Below are positions 61,902 to 64,000 of a DNA stretch of 64,000 nt, one piece after another. Position 1 is the first letter of the stretch. Every line of letters begins with the position of its first letter. This stretch comes from an uncultured Actinomycetes bacterium (GTDB taxonomy: Bacteria; Actinomycetota; Thermoleophilia; Gaiellales; Gaiellaceae), in NCBI GenBank assembly GCA_963704025.1, contig CAVPGP010000005.1:443386-507385 (forward strand). The letters are read 5' to 3'. The position numbers and the translations under genes were made by a program. Under the pieces are notes generated by a model. It saw only the letters and a program-made list of their open reading frames with translations. It was not told the origin of the DNA and did no database searches.

Positions 61902-62481
61902 AGCGCCCGAGGAGCGCGCGGGCCAGGCCCACAGGGACGAGCGGCGCCCGCCACCGTGCGTCCCGGAGCGCGTCCTGGAGCGCAGCACCGTCGACTCCGG
62001 TGCCGTGCCCGACGAGCACTCGCGCCGGTCGCAGCGCGCCGAGCCGCCGCGGCGGCGTCAGGCGGAGCAGCGGGTGCACGGCCAGGCGCTCGCCCGGCGC
62101 GCGAAAGTACCGGGCGGTGCCGAGCGCGTCCGCGCAGACGAGCACGCGCCGCGCGGGCCACCAGAGCGCGAGCTCGCGCCAGCGCTTCCGCGTCACCACG
62201 GGCAGAGCCTCGAAGGGCGCGCGGCCGACTGCGAGCACGTGGTGCGGCACGCCCAGTCGCGCAGCCAGCGCCGCGCAGTCGCGTCCGTGACGGTCGAGCA
62301 GCTGGATGACGCCGGCCGGCTCGCCGAGCGCGCGCACGCGCTCCTCCACGCCGTCGCCGTCGAGCGCGTCGACGAGCCAGACCCGGCCGTCGGCGACGAG
62401 CGCGTGCGAGCAGCGTTCCATGAACTCGTCGACGACCCAGCCGAGGGTTCCGGCGCCCTCGTCGCAGAACCGGATCTCCAC
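61900..62481 (-). CDS. Hypothetical protein, possibly a degenerate MBL-fold (metallo-beta-lactamase-like) protein
   Basis: 193 aa with coding-like composition. LVDALDGDG...VIQLLDRHGRDC is reminiscent of, but not identical to, the HxHxDH region. Its stop codon lies inside the right terminal repeat of the palindromic element. Confidence 0.45.
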   Translation of the reverse strand: MEIRFCDEGAGTLGWVVDEFMERCSHALVADGRVWLVDALDGDGVEERVRALGEPAGVIQLLDRHGRDCAALAARLGVPHHVLAVGRAPFEALPVVTRKRWRELALWWPARRVLVCADALGTARYFRAPGERLAVHPLLRLTPPRRLGALRPARVLVGHGTGVDGAALQDALRDARWRAPLVPVGLARALLGR

Positions 62482-62507
62482 GCCCCGAGCGTATAGTGGC
62501 TCGCTTC

Positions 62508-63521
62508 ATGTCGACCTACGAACTCGTCCAGGACGTGCCCCTGCGGATCGAGCACGTCGAGCTCGAGCAGCTCGCGCTCGAGCCCCGCGCCGGCTTCCGG
62601 CGGCTGACCACCGTCGTCCACCTGCACGGCGGCGGCGAGGAAGGGCTGGGCGAGGACGTGACCTATCAGCCCCAGGAGCACGAGGCTCCCCCCGTGCCGG
62701 AGCTCGCCGGCGACTGGACCATCGACTCGCTCTCGCACCGGCTCGAGGGTGCCGGCCTCTTCGGGCACGAGACGCTCGACACCGCCGCCGCGGATTACCG
62801 CCGCTGGGGCTGGGAGTCCGCAGCGCTCGACCTGGCCCTGCGCCAGGCCGGTCGCTCGCTCGCGGAGGCGCTCGGCCGCGAGGCGCGCCCCGCAACGTAC
62901 GTGGTCTCGTGCGCGGCGGAGAAGGTGCCGCGCCTGCTCGAGCTCTATCCAGGGCTCCGCTTCAAGCTCGACCCGTCGGCCGAGTGGGACGACGCGCTCT
63001 TCGACGAGCTCGCCGCGCTCGGGCGCGTCGACACCGCCGACTTCAAGGGGATCTTCCGCGGCGACTTCGGCAACCCGCCGGACGAACGCCTCTACCGCCG
63101 CGTCGCGGAGTCGTTCCCGGACGCGTGGCTCGAGGATCCCGGACTCGACGAGGCGACCGACGAGGTGCTCCGGCCCCACCGCGACCGCATCACCTGGGAC
63201 GCGCCGATTCACTCCGTCGCCGACGCGGAAGCGCTGCCGTTCCCGCCGCGCTGCCTCAACTCGAAGCCGTCCCGCTTCGGCACGCTGCGGCGCCTCTTCG
63301 ACTTCTACGACTGGTGCGCAGAGCGCGGGATCGCGCTCTACGGCGGCGGCCAGTTCGAGCTGGGCCCGGGCCGCGGCCAGATCCAGCTCCTCGCAGCGAT
63401 CTTCCATCCGGACGCGCCGAACGACGTCGCGCCGGGCGGGTTCAACGAGCCCGAGCCGCAGGCGGGCCTGCCGGCGAGCCCGCTCGTCCCGCAGGCGGTA
63501 TCGGGCTTCCGCCTCGCCTGA
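62508..63521 (+). CDS. Enolase-superfamily-like (MR/MLE-type TIM barrel) protein
   Basis: Capping-domain-like N-terminus (VVHLHGGGEEGLGEDV). Barrel motifs RFKLDP, VDTADFKG, AWLEDP (compare IEQP), ITWDAPIHS and LNSKPSRFGTL. ATG 62508 lies 10 nt after TATAGT (62492-62497); GTG 62496 is an alternative start. Confidence 0.55.
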   Translation: MSTYELVQDVPLRIEHVELEQLALEPRAGFRRLTTVVHLHGGGEEGLGEDVTYQPQEHEAPPVPELAGDWTIDSLSHRLEGAGLFGHETLDTAAADYRRWGWESAALDLALRQAGRSLAEALGREARPATYVVSCAAEKVPRLLELYPGLRFKLDPSAEWDDALFDELAALGRVDTADFKGIFRGDFGNPPDERLYRRVAESFPDAWLEDPGLDEATDEVLRPHRDRITWDAPIHSVADAEALPFPPRCLNSKPSRFGTLRRLFDFYDWCAERGIALYGGGQFELGPGRGQIQLLAAIFHPDAPNDVAPGGFNEPEPQAGLPASPLVPQAVSGFRLA

Positions 63522-63547
63522 CTGGACTGGACTGACCGCGGACCGCG

Positions 63548-64000
63548 CTACTCGTACTGGAGCGCCTCGAGCACGTTCAGCCGCGCGGCGCGCCGGGCGG
63601 GGAAGATCGCCGCGACGATGCCGACGACGATCGCCGCCACGGCGAACACGATCAGCGAGCCGATCGGCAGCGTGAACTCGATGAAGTCTACGCGCGCGAC
63701 GAGGAGGCCGCCGAGCACGACCCCGAGCACGATCCCGAGCACGCCTCCGATCAGCGCCGTGATCACGCTCTCGTGCCGGATCATCCGCCGCACCTGGCGG
63801 CGTGTCATCCCGATCGCGCGCAGCATGCCGAGCTCGCGCGTGCGCTCGAAGACGGTCAGCACGAGCGTGTTCACGATCCCGAACAGGCTGACGACGATGG
63901 AGAGGGCCAGCAGCACGTAGAGGATGTTCAGCACCGAGTTGAGCCCGCTGATCTGGTTGTCGATGAACTTCTCCCGCGTCGCGGCCTTGGCATTCGGGAA
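63548..64000 (-). CDS. ABC transporter permease, FtsX/MacB type (C-terminal part; gene continues beyond the window)
   Basis: The C-terminal FtsX domain reads LLALSIVVSLFGIVNTLVLTVFERTRELGMLRAIGMTRRQVRRMIRHESVITALIGG...FPARRAARLNVLEALQYE. The reading frame stays open to position 64000. Confidence 0.85.
   Translation of the reverse strand, partial: FPNAKAATREKFIDNQISGLNSVLNILYVLLALSIVVSLFGIVNTLVLTVFERTRELGMLRAIGMTRRQVRRMIRHESVITALIGGVLGIVLGVVLGGLLVARVDFIEFTLPIGSLIVFAVAAIVVGIVAAIFPARRAARLNVLEALQYE

Overview
Very GC-rich bacterial chromosomal segment. Third codon positions are almost always G/C, GTG/TTG starts are frequent, and several genes look leaderless. Gene content suggests a high-GC Actinomycetota-like soil organism, but that taxonomy is inference only. 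I support about 65 protein-coding loci, one tRNA-Thr(CGU), several hairpin terminators and several short repeat families. I see no rRNA, CRISPR array, transposase, integrase or phage module.

Recognisable content, left to right:
- thyX, a VOC protein and a DUF72 protein
- an O-antigen-ligase-like gene coupled to a His-rich secreted protein
- kynureninase and RidA
- a CopC-CopD operon
- an arsR-arsM-arsC operon with a canonical promoter
- an OmpR/HK two-component pair
- an amidohydrolase and an M23 peptidase
- a GH15 glucodextranase-like enzyme with an MFS transporter
- tRNA-Thr
- MarR with a DHA2 efflux pump
- an ECF sigma factor with a long C-terminal extension
- holB-tmk
- an envelope-glycan cluster
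- class II ribonucleotide reductase nrdJ
- a secreted SBBP beta-propeller with a LAL/LuxR regulator and an adenylate cyclase
- sthA
- an orphan PAS histidine kinase
- an FAD/BBE oxidase
- a HelD-like helicase
- agmatinase with two paralogous lipoproteins
- a PAP2 protein
- an enolase-superfamily protein
- a partial FtsX-type permease

Main second-look items:
1. One palindrome family (GTACCTGGT...ACCAGGTAC) occurs four times. The copies form two inverted doublets that bracket the FAD-oxidase / LamG-remnant / HelD segment.
2. A 165-bp almost fully self-complementary element with 19-bp perfect, AT-rich terminal inverted repeats sits between two convergent genes.
3. An 18-bp direct-heptamer box (TGAACGC-N4-TGAACGC) lies upstream of the response regulator. 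It recurs, inverted, directly after the kinase stop codon.
4. Disrupted genes are unusually dense. At least six single-nucleotide frame breaks and several internally deleted remnants are present (ChrB-like, MFS-cNMP, decarboxylase, LamG). These reflect either real gene decay or assembly indels.
5. A low-GC kinase-GrpB fusion gene is bracketed by a 12-nt direct repeat.

I did not recognise a complete known defence, secretion or biosynthetic system. All functional calls rest on motif recognition by eye and need database confirmation.
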